Source: an uncultured Nitrospiraceae bacterium
GTDB taxonomy: Bacteria; Nitrospirota; Nitrospiria; Nitrospirales; Nitrospiraceae
Direction: 5' to 3'
Length of the DNA stretch: 64,000 nt
Assembly: GCA_963730935.1 (NCBI GenBank)
Contig: CAVSTP010000003.1
Span: forward strand, 823,270-887,269
The notes below the pieces were generated by a model that was not told the DNA's origin, ran no database searches, and saw nothing but the letters and a program-made list of their open reading frames with translations. Position 1 is the first letter of the stretch; each line of letters starts with the position of its first letter. A program made the translations under genes and the position numbers. Below, in pieces: positions 18,229-28,300 of this stretch.

Positions 18229-18256
18229 GAAATCTCAGAAGGGAGGCGGTATACAT

Positions 18257-18496
18257 ATGAGAGCGACGAAGGAACGACTGATGGATCTGCAGCGCACGGT
18301 GGACACGTTGCAAGGACGCGTACAAGACATGCAGTGGGAGCTGCGATATGCCCAACGGCGGACGTTGAGCGAGCGGTGGTGGAGAAATCTGTTGGGGTCC
18401 AGGCAAGCCAATACATTCATGTCGTCCTGCTGTAATAGGCGGGTGCGGCCGAATACGAAGATGGTGGATTATGCTGGTACAGGAAGCGAACAGTAA
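18257..18496 (+). CDS. Hypothetical coiled-coil protein
   Basis: GGGAGG RBS, heptad pattern, directly downstream of the repressor. Confidence 0.5.
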   Translation: MRATKERLMDLQRTVDTLQGRVQDMQWELRYAQRRTLSERWWRNLLGSRQANTFMSSCCNRRVRPNTKMVDYAGTGSEQ

Positions 18497-18653
18497 AACA
18501 CAAGTGGCCGGGCATTGTGCCGATTGCGGGCTGCTCGTGGAGCAAAGGATCGCCTGTGTGGATGGCGTCACCCACTCAACAGTCGATCTGTGCTATGCCT
18601 GCTGGGTCGCCTGCCAACAGCGGCAGAACTTTGCGGGCGGGTGCTGCGGATAG
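18471..18653 (+). CDS. Small Cys-rich protein (CxxC...CxxC...CC)
   Basis: CADC, CYAC, terminal GGCCG. Operon-like spacing. Confidence 0.55.
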   Translation: MLVQEANSKTQVAGHCADCGLLVEQRIACVDGVTHSTVDLCYACWVACQQRQNFAGGCCG

Positions 18654-18665
18654 GCGAGGTGAGTC

Positions 18666-19394
18666 ATGCAGGCAACGCTATTAAGAACAGAACCAGCGGA
18701 ACTTCCCTTCGTTCCTGCTCAGCCTCAAGGATCTCCGAGCGATTCGAATGAGGGAGGCCGGGATTGGTTTCTCGCACTGCGTCACGCGCAGATTCCCTTT
18801 CATCCGGAAGACCGGCTGCTCCTGCTGTATGGACATCCACTCGTGTTTCGATTGGGACTGTATGCCGCCGGGGAACGCGTCTTGGCCGGAGAACCGATCG
18901 TGTATCTCGACGGTGCACACACCTTTGATCCGTTTTTCATCGGGCGTATGGCTCGTGCGCATCGACGGCAGCCACGTGCGCTGTTGTCCATGATTCATGT
19001 GGCCCGCGCCTTTACGTGTCATCAGCTGGAGCGGCTGATCTCCGATTGCCTGATGGCGGCACTCGACCGGTATCAGTCTCGTATCGCCATCCTCTCCGGA
19101 TTGTTCGATACATTCTATGATCAGACGGTGCCTGAGCAGGAGGCAATGCGGCTCTTTGGCCGTATGATGGATGCCAGTCACAAATTGGCCCAACACGGCT
19201 CCACATTGCTCTTTCTCTGTCCGCAAGCCCCGATGCTCACGCGTGCAAGCCGTCGTTGCCTTGATCTGATGCGTGGCCAGGCGGACCGTGTCATCCGCGT
19301 GCAGGAAGAGCATGGATTGGTCAGACTTCGTGACGAGGCGGAAAAGACCGGCACACAGTGGGAATTTCCGCGCACGGTCTTGGACCTCTCCTGA
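18666..19394 (+). CDS. RecA/RadA-like fold protein lacking Walker A (ImuA-like)
   Basis: 'YLDGAHTFDP' and 'IHVARAFTCHQL' resemble RadA/Rad51 core motifs. No GxxGxGKT. Confidence 0.65.
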   Translation: MQATLLRTEPAELPFVPAQPQGSPSDSNEGGRDWFLALRHAQIPFHPEDRLLLLYGHPLVFRLGLYAAGERVLAGEPIVYLDGAHTFDPFFIGRMARAHRRQPRALLSMIHVARAFTCHQLERLISDCLMAALDRYQSRIAILSGLFDTFYDQTVPEQEAMRLFGRMMDASHKLAQHGSTLLFLCPQAPMLTRASRRCLDLMRGQADRVIRVQEEHGLVRLRDEAEKTGTQWEFPRTVLDLS

Positions 19395-19429
19395 GGTCCT
19401 TCAACGAGAGTTGGTCTCACCTCGCGCGG

Positions 19430-19612
19430 CTATCCGATCGCCGCCCAGATCTTTTTTGCATTCTCACCCGTGAACGTCATGTCGTCCTGAGAAGCTCCGC
19501 GTTCAAAGTAGAGGCGTAACAATCCGCCGCCAAAGTGCGCTTCCCGTACCAAGTCGAGATTAATCGCGACCTCACCGGGACGTTCCTCATCTTGCACCTT
19601 CACGAATTTCAT
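19430..19612 (-). CDS. Hypothetical protein (60 aa)
   Basis: AAGGAG RBS, protein-like composition. Confidence 0.6.
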   Translation of the reverse strand: MKFVKVQDEERPGEVAINLDLVREAHFGGGLLRLYFERGASQDDMTFTGENAKKIWAAIG

Positions 19613-19786
19613 ACGATGACTCCTTATGAAATGGGTTGGAGTTGATCGGTCGGACTCGCGGTCCTGAATTGTGAGCAACGTATGGGGTCAACGCGGGTAT
19701 GTCAAGACACTAGCGGAAGAAAGTGAGATGGGTGTGTGTGAACAAGGCTAGTAGCGGCTGCTGTCTCGAGCCTGTACACTCACGAC

Positions 19787-20689
19787 ATGGTGCTATGTGG
19801 CGGCGTCGAGGCGGGCGGCACGAAATTCGTTTGCGGGATTGGGACCTGTCCTGAGGATCTCGAAGTCCACTCATTCAGCACCGTCGGACCAGTGGAGAGC
19901 ATCAGGCAGGCGATCCAATTCTTTCGAGAAAAAGCGGGTACAAGCTTAGCAGGGCTCGGCATCGCCAGTTTTGGACCGATTGATCTCGATCAAACGTCCC
20001 CAACCTACGGGTACATCACCACGACACCCAAGACGGCCTGGCGCAACTTCGATCTTGTCGGCGCCCTATCCAAGGAATTGGCTGTGCCCGTCGCGTTTGA
20101 GACTGATGTGAATGCAGCGGCGCTCGCCGAAGCAGAGTGGGGTGCCTCTCGAGACGTGGAGGACAGTGTCTATATCACAGTAGGAACGGGCATTGGTGGT
20201 GGCGTGGTGGTCAAGGGTGAGGCCGTTCACGGCTTATTGCATCCGGAAATCGGCCACATCCGTATTGCACATGATCTCGACAAAGACCCGTTTACCGGCA
20301 GTTGCCAATTTCATGGAGATTGTCTCGAAGGCTTAGCCTCCGGTCCCGCGCTCTCACAGCGGTGGGGCCGTCCACCAGAGAATGTGCCGGCGACTCATCC
20401 GGCCTGGGAGTTAGAAGCTCACTATCTCGCCAGTGCCATTGCTATTCTCGTCTACACCTTGTCGCCTCACCGTATTGTTCTTGGGGGCGGCGTCATGCAA
20501 CAGGATGCACTGTTCCCAATGATTCGCCGGAATGTTGTGCGCTTCATGAACGGGTATATCGCGAAACCGCAGCTGCGCGAAGAGATCGACCGCTACATCG
20601 TCCCGCCCGGTTTGGGCATGTATTCTGGAGTGCTTGGAGCGATTCTACTGGCCGGCCGATGCCGCCAAAGACCTGCCGCTCAAGACTGA
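19787..20689 (+). CDS. ROK family fructokinase
   Basis: 'EAGGTKFVC', 'SFGP', 'TDVN', 'GTGIG', 'HPEIGH', 'CQFHGDCLEGLASG'. Confidence 0.92.
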   Translation: MVLCGGVEAGGTKFVCGIGTCPEDLEVHSFSTVGPVESIRQAIQFFREKAGTSLAGLGIASFGPIDLDQTSPTYGYITTTPKTAWRNFDLVGALSKELAVPVAFETDVNAAALAEAEWGASRDVEDSVYITVGTGIGGGVVVKGEAVHGLLHPEIGHIRIAHDLDKDPFTGSCQFHGDCLEGLASGPALSQRWGRPPENVPATHPAWELEAHYLASAIAILVYTLSPHRIVLGGGVMQQDALFPMIRRNVVRFMNGYIAKPQLREEIDRYIVPPGLGMYSGVLGAILLAGRCRQRPAAQD

Positions 20690-20801
20690 CTGCTGCACAG
20701 GACATCGTGATTGATAGGGAGCGTTTTACGGCTGCTCAGCGAAGACGTGTTTTTTGAGGCGTTGCGACTCTCGCGGACGGAATATGCCTGGGCGTAGTTT
20801 T

Positions 20802-21587
20802 TCACTTAAGTGGAAGTTTAACGCTGATGGCCCCACCAAGCTCGCCTTCCTTTGCGCCTTCCCGAGGATAGCCCGAGATATCACGCTGGCCTTTTGGTTC
20901 TCCGTGGCAATCGAGACATGCCTTGCTGTAGTACAAGGGCAGCATGAGACGGAGAGTGTGGCCGCCCTCCGTGATTTCCCATTTTGGTTGTGATTCGCCC
21001 AAGGCTGAGGCCTGTTCGGCAAGTGCCTTGAGAACATCAGCTTCATACTGGTCAGGCTTGTTTTTGGCGTTTCTTAAAAACTTTTCTGGCGCGATTTGTC
21101 GGAGATAGATGCCCGACCACTTCTGAAAGCGTTTAGCAGTTTCCGTTCCAAAAGTTGCGGGGATCAGTCCCTTGTAGCTGATTCCAACGATATTGATGGG
21201 TGTTTGGTAACTCTCGATCGTCCGCTTACTTTCCTCCAGAAGGCGGTCAAGGAGGGGACGGGCCATGGCAGGAAGCTTATCGCTGGAATTGGACAGATTG
21301 ATGTCTGTTCTTTGTTCAAACACCTTGAGCACCTGATTCTCAAACACCGCAGGAGTAAAGCCTTTATCACCTTTGGACGCATCGTTAATGAGGTCCTGAT
21401 TCATGCCCACCACAAGACGACCGGAATCGAAGAGGATGGCTAGAAGACGTGAGGTTTCTCGTTCCTGTTCATGGTCTTGTGCATGTCCCAATGAGGAAGA
21501 TAAAGAAGCGATGATGACCACTGATATTGCGGCCATCAGCGTAAAACGGAGCGACAGAGGTCTTAACAACCGTGGTAAGTCAGGCAT
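20802..21587 (-). CDS. DUF3365/Tll0287-like periplasmic heme c protein
   Basis: Signal peptide, 'RNAKNKPD', CLDCH, 'GELGGAISV'. Confidence 0.85.
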   Translation of the reverse strand: MPDLPRLLRPLSLRFTLMAAISVVIIASLSSSLGHAQDHEQERETSRLLAILFDSGRLVVGMNQDLINDASKGDKGFTPAVFENQVLKVFEQRTDINLSNSSDKLPAMARPLLDRLLEESKRTIESYQTPINIVGISYKGLIPATFGTETAKRFQKWSGIYLRQIAPEKFLRNAKNKPDQYEADVLKALAEQASALGESQPKWEITEGGHTLRLMLPLYYSKACLDCHGEPKGQRDISGYPREGAKEGELGGAISVKLPLK

Positions 21588-21661
21588 GAAGCGATAAGGT
21601 ATTCTAGCGAGAGTCTGAGATCAGACGCAAGAGCACTGCGGCGGCCTGTGCGTTTTTCTGC

Positions 21662-21925
21662 TTAGAGGGTTGCTCGTACGATCCTGTACAGAACGAACAC
21701 GATAAGGACCCACAGTAGACAAAGGGTGATAGAAACACCGATAAAAAGAACGAGTCGTCTGAGCCGGAAAACAGGTTCCTCTAGGGGGTTGTCTTCGACA
21801 CTCGGTACTAGCCTTAAGGCGGAAAGCCTGAACTTTGGTTTAGACCCGTCTCGCAGGCGCTCAGTGGACCGAGCCAAGTTGCCTAGTGTTTCAGGATATG
21901 TCTTGGGTTTTTTCTGCATGAACAA
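21662..21925 (-). CDS. Hypothetical membrane protein
   Basis: Single C-terminal hydrophobic helix. Confidence 0.45.
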   Translation of the reverse strand: MFMQKKPKTYPETLGNLARSTERLRDGSKPKFRLSALRLVPSVEDNPLEEPVFRLRRLVLFIGVSITLCLLWVLIVFVLYRIVRATL

Positions 21926-22095
21926 TGCATCACCGCCGGCTCAGTTCTGTCCTGCGAACATGCTCTCAAAGGCCTATTTCAAAGTATAGCATTCGGGGAA
22001 TGGGGCAATGGGAGATTCTGCCTACGTATTTCGGCGAGCCGTCCGAACCAGAGAAGAGTGATAGGGAGGTTTTTTCGTTGACGGTGATGAAGTTC

Positions 22096-22806
22096 TCACT
22101 TTTCTTTGGTCGGGGGTTTGAAGGTCTCGGTTTTGTTTTTCAGTTTTTTGACGAGGTCTTCGTAGGAGGAGGTGCGGATGATATTGGTGAACTGCCCGCG
22201 ATAGTTACTGGCCATACTAATACCATCTACCACAATGTCATACACATGCCATCCCCCGGAATTACTCAGCAGCCGATAATCTATCGGAAGCTCGCCTTTG
22301 CGGGCGATGAGTTTGGTTCGAACCTCTGCATAGTCGCCCTCATTGCGCTCGCCAAGATACTGGGTCTGTTCTCCTGAGTATGCTTCAATCCTCGCCGTGT
22401 AAGTACGGAGGAGAAGCTGCTGAAACAGTTCAGTGAACTCCTGTCTCTGCGTCTCGTTCAGTTGATTCCAATGTGCGCCCAATGAGCGCTTGGCCATTTC
22501 CTCGTAGCTGAATCGATCGCCGATGATCTTTTGCAGTTGGTGTCGGCGTTCCATGGCCCGCTCAGGTTTTTTCAGCTCCTTGTCTTCCAGAAGACGGACC
22601 ACTTGATCGATTGTGCTCTTCACTGCCTCCGTGGCTGTGCCGGCAGTGGCCACCATTGGTGCGAGAGAGATTCCGAGGCAAAGCGCGATGCCAAGGCCAA
22701 CCACGTAACCTCGGTGGGTCCTGGCACCTTTCATGACAGTGAGGGAGTGAGACTGGTATCGCATCGAACGCACCTGTAACTGAAGTAGTCCACGCGAAGA
22801 CGCCAA
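22096..22806 (-). CDS. MlaC/Ttg2D phospholipid-binding protein (start uncertain)
   Basis: 'MAKRSLGAHW', 'YDIVVDGISMASNYRGQF'. Confidence 0.88.
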   Translation of the reverse strand: MASSRGLLQLQVRSMRYQSHSLTVMKGARTHRGYVVGLGIALCLGISLAPMVATAGTATEAVKSTIDQVVRLLEDKELKKPERAMERRHQLQKIIGDRFSYEEMAKRSLGAHWNQLNETQRQEFTELFQQLLLRTYTARIEAYSGEQTQYLGERNEGDYAEVRTKLIARKGELPIDYRLLSNSGGWHVYDIVVDGISMASNYRGQFTNIIRTSSYEDLVKKLKNKTETFKPPTKEK

Positions 22807-23005
22807 CCGGCTACAATGTTCTCAGCCGATGATACCTAGAACAAGAAGCTGTTGCAAAGTGGGGAGTGTCCGCTGATTGGGGTAGCTGGGGCTCCCCTAG
22901 AGATTCCAACTTCAAAAATCTTCGTGGGAAGCCGTCGCGTGAGACCCTCACAGGCTGCCACCTTTCCGCCTCTCAAGTGCGGTGAGGTACGTATGGGGGC
23001 AGATG

Positions 23006-23257
23006 CTAGGATTTGGCAATGAAGTTTGCGAGTATTTGATCGCGATGTACTGTACAAATGCCGTGGGATGGGACCTCCCAGGCTGGAGAAGGATCATCTA
23101 GGGAACTCGGCTGACGAAGGACAGATCTCCTTCCCTCCCGTTCACACCACGCACATACTACAATCAAGGTGACTTTCTTGATCGGCGAAGAATCTAGGCT
23201 GTCCAACACCGACGAGAACGATGATGTCAGATTGCCCCATGTTGTAGTTTCAAGCAT
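23006..23257 (-). CDS. Small CxxC...SHGIC protein
   Basis: 'VCAWC' and 'SHGICTVH'. Confidence 0.55.
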   Translation of the reverse strand: MLETTTWGNLTSSFSSVLDSLDSSPIKKVTLIVVCAWCEREGRRSVLRQPSSLDDPSPAWEVPSHGICTVHRDQILANFIAKS

Positions 23258-23444
23258 ATGAGCGGTCTTGGTGGTGAACTCTCCTCAAGTCCGGTTAGGT
23301 ACGAATTCACTGTAGAGGGAAGGCTGTAATCGTTGTCCTAGCTACCTCCCTAGTCGAGTAGAACAAATTCCACTAGCAACTGATGATATTGAGTGAACGT
23401 GAGGATTAAACGGCGGGGTAGTAAATGACTTAGTAAACAAATTC

Positions 23445-23699
23445 CTATGATGCTTTTGCGAGGACGGAAGGAACCTCAACCGGTCCAGCCCACATGGCGT
23501 CTACACTGTGAAGTGCTAACTCCCTGCCAGAAGTTTTTGGATAGTGGGACGCAGGAATGAGCGCCAACCAACGTCGGGTCTCACCATTGAACACGATTTG
23601 TACAATTGTCGGCAGGGTGGGCTCTTGACTGGGATCTAGCATCCAGTACCACCCAGGTGTGGTTGGCTTCTGCTGCGTCCACATCAGCATGACGGTCAT
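23445..23699 (-). CDS. Hypothetical protein
   Basis: 'WTQQKPTTPGWYW...WAGPVEVP', a phage-like small protein pattern. Confidence 0.6.
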   Translation of the reverse strand: MTVMLMWTQQKPTTPGWYWMLDPSQEPTLPTIVQIVFNGETRRWLALIPASHYPKTSGRELALHSVDAMWAGPVEVPSVLAKAS

Positions 23700-23997
23700 C
23701 CAGTGATCTTTCCGGCAATATGAAACGTTTCAGCAACTAGATGCTTACGATGGTCTAAGCGCCTAAGTGACACGGTGGTCACCGCGATTACCGTCGATCC
23801 TAGATAGGTTTGGAAAGTCGACGCTATTCCCTAAAGGAGCTAGGTAAGATTATGTAACCGATTCCGAAGGGCTAAGTCACTGCTCCCCCCTAAAGTGCAA
23901 TGCTGAAGTACCTCCTTCGGGTCTAGCGCTTCTCTAGCCAGACGCTATTCTATTGTCAGCTACCAGGAAACCTGTGTTGATCTGCAATGGAGGGTTT

Positions 23998-24243
23998 ATG
24001 CACTGTTCACGCTGTCACGGGCTCATGATGCAAGACCACTTGTTGGACATGGAAGGGGGCTTCGGAGAGATGTGGGCCCAATGTTGGCGTTGCACAAATT
24101 GTGGATCCCTCCACGATATGGTCATCGAACAGAATCGTTTGGCGTCGGTGGCACACGTCTCGGTATTGACACGTGGTCAGCAAATCAGTCAGGGAGATGA
24201 CACGTATTTGGGCGGGGAAGCATTTGTCCGTCCCGCGGCATAA
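23998..24243 (+). CDS. Small zinc-ribbon-like protein
   Basis: GGAGG RBS. MHCSRC...RCTNCG. Confidence 0.65.
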   Translation: MHCSRCHGLMMQDHLLDMEGGFGEMWAQCWRCTNCGSLHDMVIEQNRLASVAHVSVLTRGQQISQGDDTYLGGEAFVRPAA

Positions 24244-24269
24244 TAAATGTTCATTAAGGACAGGCGACG

Positions 24270-24476
24270 ATGATGTGTGGAAACTATTTACGCAACACTG
24301 CACCGGGTAATCAGCCATACCGCATTAGCGTAAGTTGTCCGTCCTGTGGTTCAAGTAGCTGCATCAGACACAATCGAGAAGGGTTGCGAGACTTTCTCTA
24401 CCAATTTGTTGGCAAGTTTCCATGGAAGTGCCCGCGGTGTTTACATCGGTTTTATCTGACCAGACGCCGCCGTTAA
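24270..24476 (+). CDS. Small zinc-ribbon-like protein
   Basis: CPSC...CPRC..RFY. Confidence 0.5.
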   Translation: MMCGNYLRNTAPGNQPYRISVSCPSCGSSSCIRHNREGLRDFLYQFVGKFPWKCPRCLHRFYLTRRRR

Positions 24477-24604
24477 TTCCACCTCTCAGACCCGGTGATT
24501 CGCTGTCATCCCTCTGACTCGGTGAAGACAAAAGCACCGTGCGCGTATCAGAGATTGCTTTCTCGTAGCTTTGGGTAGTTGATAATGGAACCTTGAAGTA
24601 GGCA

Positions 24605-25009
24605 TCAGATCCCGTACCGTGTAAAGCCTGATGAAGTGGATGGCTGTCCCTCATTCAGCCATGTAAAGGCCGCTTCAAAATCACGGAAGGCTTTCAGCTC
24701 ATATCCTCGATTCATTGCGCAGAGTTCAAGAAACGCTCCTCTATCAAATCCGTCTTTCGGCCTATTCACCACTGCTACCCGTGCCCTGAGCCCAGAGTAG
24801 GTCAGCTTCCTTGCCAGAGTCCACACATCCAGCATGCTGGCGTTTGAAGTCGCCTCTCGAGTATCGATAAGAATTCGGTCTACGTTGTGGTTTTTGCACT
24901 CTTCCACCAAGTTTCGCAGAATAATGAGGCTCCTCTCCAAATCTAGGTTTCCCGAAACATCTGATCGCAGGAATTCTTTGATGGGGATTATTCTCACATC
25001 GACAGCCAT
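24605..25009 (-). CDS. Hypothetical protein (SpoIIAA/STAS-like)
   Basis: 'ILIDTR', 'NRGYELKAFRDFEAAFTWL'. Confidence 0.65.
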   Translation of the reverse strand: MAVDVRIIPIKEFLRSDVSGNLDLERSLIILRNLVEECKNHNVDRILIDTREATSNASMLDVWTLARKLTYSGLRARVAVVNRPKDGFDRGAFLELCAMNRGYELKAFRDFEAAFTWLNEGQPSTSSGFTRYGI

Positions 25010-25331
25010 AGTTCACCCCTGGTGCGCTGTAAAGTTCGATAGCCCTACGTCAAGTAGGCGAGTCCTTCTGTCGCCGCAGCATGGTAATAGATAGCAAACA
25101 GGCCGACGACTCTGGTTTGTCCTAGGCGAATGAATGATGTTTGGAATGTGATACGAAAACAGGACAGCAGAAGCGATTTATTTGCTGCCGCGATAAGCTC
25201 AGTACCTGCTCGTACTGCGGAGCAAGATTTCCCTATTCTAATCAGACCTCTTCCGAATAGTTTGGTAGTCGCTCTAACTGATAACGGCCTTCCCTATCTA
25301 GTTTATTGCTCCAGGTTAATATCACCATCAC

Positions 25332-25973
25332 CTCCGCCCTACTGTGACAGCCCGATCTCTCCTGGGCATGCGCTCGGTTCTCTTTACATGCCCACGTGCT
25401 TCTTCAAAATCTCTGAATCCTTGATGGCCGGATCGTTCGGGGCAAGCGCCAATGCTTTCTTGAATGAGGCCGTGGCATCTTCATGTTTGCCCATTTTGTC
25501 CAAGGTCAGTGCCACATTATAGTGCACGACCGCGGAATTGGGATCGGCCTTGACCGCCTTTTGATAGTGCTCCATTGCAACATCCCAATGACCTTGCTGG
25601 AAGTGGCCTATCCCCTCTTCATTTTCTATCCGGGCAGCCGAGCTAGCGAGGGCGACCAGGGGAGCATCAGTTGCCTTTCCAGATTGTTTCGATCCATAGC
25701 CGGTCTGGCCCGAATCGCATCCGATGGCGATGCTGAGGATTATGAAGCCAAAAGCGTGGAATAGAGAGGCGCGTGTCATGGCATCCTCCTTGTTAAAAGT
25801 CACTGACTCACGAGGATTGAGTGTAATGCAGAGAGATGTATGAAGGCTATTCGGTGACCGTCACATCTCGAACAGGGGATATCCCGAGGGGAGGGCAGAC
25901 AGCATAGCAGCGACAGCAACTATCGAACGAATGCCAACGTGCCGAGTAGCCATAAGCGTGTTCATGACCTATG
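25332..25973. repeat. 642-bp direct repeat, copy 1 (copy 2 at 52821-53462)
   Basis: By-eye comparison shows identity apart from one substitution I could see (cgctcgGttc vs cgctcgCttc). The encoded proteins are identical. Confidence 0.95.
25384..25779 (-). CDS. TPR lipoprotein, copy 1
   Basis: AAGGAGG RBS, lipobox 'AIGC', two TPR motifs. Confidence 0.88.
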   Translation of the reverse strand: MTRASLFHAFGFIILSIAIGCDSGQTGYGSKQSGKATDAPLVALASSAARIENEEGIGHFQQGHWDVAMEHYQKAVKADPNSAVVHYNVALTLDKMGKHEDATASFKKALALAPNDPAIKDSEILKKHVGM

Positions 25974-26307
25974 TCATTTTTAAGGCGAGGACCTTCGCCA
26001 CCTGGTCGGTATAGTCGGCCGCTAGCAGTATTTGTTCAGCAGGGAGCGGCTCATGGCTTTCGAGCGCAGCTGAAATTAGCGACTCGCTCGCCCGGAGGTA
26101 ACCTTCCACTTGTGGATGGAGAGAAAACAGATCAGCGTGTTCCATTTGTCTCGGCCTTTCTCACCGTGACGGCAATCGTTCTCTCGGCGGTATGAGACTC
26201 CGCGCCATTACGTGAATGAAGAGTGAAGGAATGGGTGGCGCAATCTATAACGATGACCGGCGAGATGGCATGAAATCAGGAGAGCACGATCGTCAAGCCT
26301 TAGAGGA

Positions 26308-26964
26308 TTGTCATTAACGCTGCTGGCTTTAATATGGCTTTTGCCAGCCTGCGTTGCACCACATAAAGACACTCCAAGAGTTATATCCACAAAAGTGGCA
26401 TCAATGCCTTCTGAACCTCTGCCGGAAACCGTTCGGGTAGGAAAGCTGATCGATGTTTCACCACCGGAGGATAAAGAAGATGGATGGCTCTATGGCAGTG
26501 GGTGGTCTGTCACTTCTCCAGAGCGGTTGAACGGTGAACTCGCTCCTTTACTGACTAAAGCCATCGTCTCAGACTTTCAATTTCATAATGTCTTCAAGGG
26601 CTTAACCGAGGACAGCAAAGGCGAAGCACTGGTGCTTGAAGGTAAAATTCATAGATCCGAGCAGCGAAGAGAACAATATATCTGGACGTTATGTTGTGGC
26701 CTACTCGGATTTGTGTTGCCCTTTCCACTTATGAAGGAGGAAGGAGAAGTAGATCTGGAACTTACGCTGTCGAGAGAAGAAGGCAACCCGATAAGGTCCT
26801 ATCGAGGGAAGGTGTCTTTTTTAAAACGATGTAATGCCTATGAGGCGCGTTGTTGGCAAGGTTATAACACGAGTCCTGCAAGATACCTTGATGAAGCCTT
26901 CGGCGAGTCCGTTCACCAAATTCATGAGGCCATAAGGCAAGATAGGAATCTTATCGTTCATTAG
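26308..26964 (+). CDS. Putative lipoprotein
   Basis: Lipobox-like 'LPAC', long ORF. Confidence 0.65.
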   Translation: MSLTLLALIWLLPACVAPHKDTPRVISTKVASMPSEPLPETVRVGKLIDVSPPEDKEDGWLYGSGWSVTSPERLNGELAPLLTKAIVSDFQFHNVFKGLTEDSKGEALVLEGKIHRSEQRREQYIWTLCCGLLGFVLPFPLMKEEGEVDLELTLSREEGNPIRSYRGKVSFLKRCNAYEARCWQGYNTSPARYLDEAFGESVHQIHEAIRQDRNLIVH

Positions 26965-27360
26965 ACCTAAGTGACCCCAAAAGCCCGCCGCGTGCCGGGA
27001 AGAGACTAGCACAGTCTACTTTTTCCCGTCGGCGGGGTCTATCGCACCCAGCCCGCAGGCTCTCGACGCCGGACCGTCCCTCTGAAGCATACCCTCACTA
27101 CCCGACAATCAGCCTGGCTCTCTTCAAATGCTTCACGAGTGAACGAGGCCATCCTTACCCGCCGATTATTTTAAGCGTTCCGGTTATTGTGTAGGAAAGC
27201 GACAGGGCTGGCCGGATCTACACCAAAGAGGTAGGTGCTGCCATACTCCAGAGGTATTGTCTGCCATAGTCCACAATACCTAAACTGTGCCACCTATGTG
27301 TAGATCCTAGTAGATAGAGTAGATGGAGCACTCTGAGCACATCACCCTAAGACAAAGGAG

Positions 27361-27801
27361 ATGTTTATGCAGAAGTTTGGCCCTCTCGCCTCACTGCTCG
27401 CTCTTGCTGTCATGGCAGCAGGCTGCACGTCCGTCGGCCATCTTGGCATCGTCACCAAGGCCTCCGCTAATAATGCGGATAAGCTGAAATCAGGTGTCGC
27501 ATTCGAAGAGTTGGGACCGGCGGAAGGAAGCGCTTGCCGGCATTTTCTCGTGGCGGTGATCCCCTTCGGCGATGCGACGTTTTCCAGCGCTGTAGAAGAT
27601 GCGCTCGCGCAACGGGGAGGCGATGCCTTACTAAACGTGACGGTGTCCAACAGCCTTTACGGTTTTGTTCCCATCTATAACGTTTACAGTTTCACATGTA
27701 CGTCCGTGCAAGGAGTCGCCGTCAAATTCAAACCGATCACTGCCCCTACTGCTGCGGATGGACCCCCCGATGTGATTCCAGTTGCCACTCAACGCCAGTA
27801 G
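27361..27801 (+). CDS. Putative lipoprotein (TRL-like)
   Basis: AAGGAG RBS, 'AAGC', 'GSAC...IPFGD', 'CTSVQG'. Confidence 0.75.
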   Translation: MFMQKFGPLASLLALAVMAAGCTSVGHLGIVTKASANNADKLKSGVAFEELGPAEGSACRHFLVAVIPFGDATFSSAVEDALAQRGGDALLNVTVSNSLYGFVPIYNVYSFTCTSVQGVAVKFKPITAPTAADGPPDVIPVATQRQ

Positions 27802-28082
27802 ATAAAACCGGACAGCGTCCTAGGGGACGTAGGAGCCATGGTTCCCTGGACGCTGTACGCGGACAAATTTGCATTGCAGACCAGGGTGGGAATTAACCGG
27901 GATTCATGTAAGTAAGTCCCCGTTCTGTCGACCCCTAGGATCAGGCGTGATCCTCCGCGTCATCTCCTCCCAAGGCCATCTGTTTCCGAGCCGCGAGCAA
28001 GGGTGGACTAACAGGCTGGATGATGTTCCGCCGGATGGTGAAATGGCACCCCAGCCGCACCCTGGCGAGAAGGAACAAAATA

Positions 28083-28127
28083 AGGAGAGTTATAAGCTGC
28101 GGGAAAATTTGGTGGCGGTGAACCGGA
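28083..28127 (-). repeat. Degenerate tRNA-Met 3' end plus flank (att-like remnant)
   Basis: aggagagttataagctgcgg.aa.atttggtggcggtga.ccgga matches 53503-53547. Confidence 0.7.
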
Positions 28128-28300
28128 CTTGCTTTTATTTCAGCAAGAAAATCACGATTCCTCTGCGCACGCCGCTCCTGCCGGTGCGACCATCCCAGCC
28201 TCGTCAGACGGCCTCCGTGCTTGTCGCGTCGTGAGCCGTTCCACTTTGCGACCCGAAAGGACCACGCATGCACATCCAACTGCGGTGATTGTCTGGGAAC

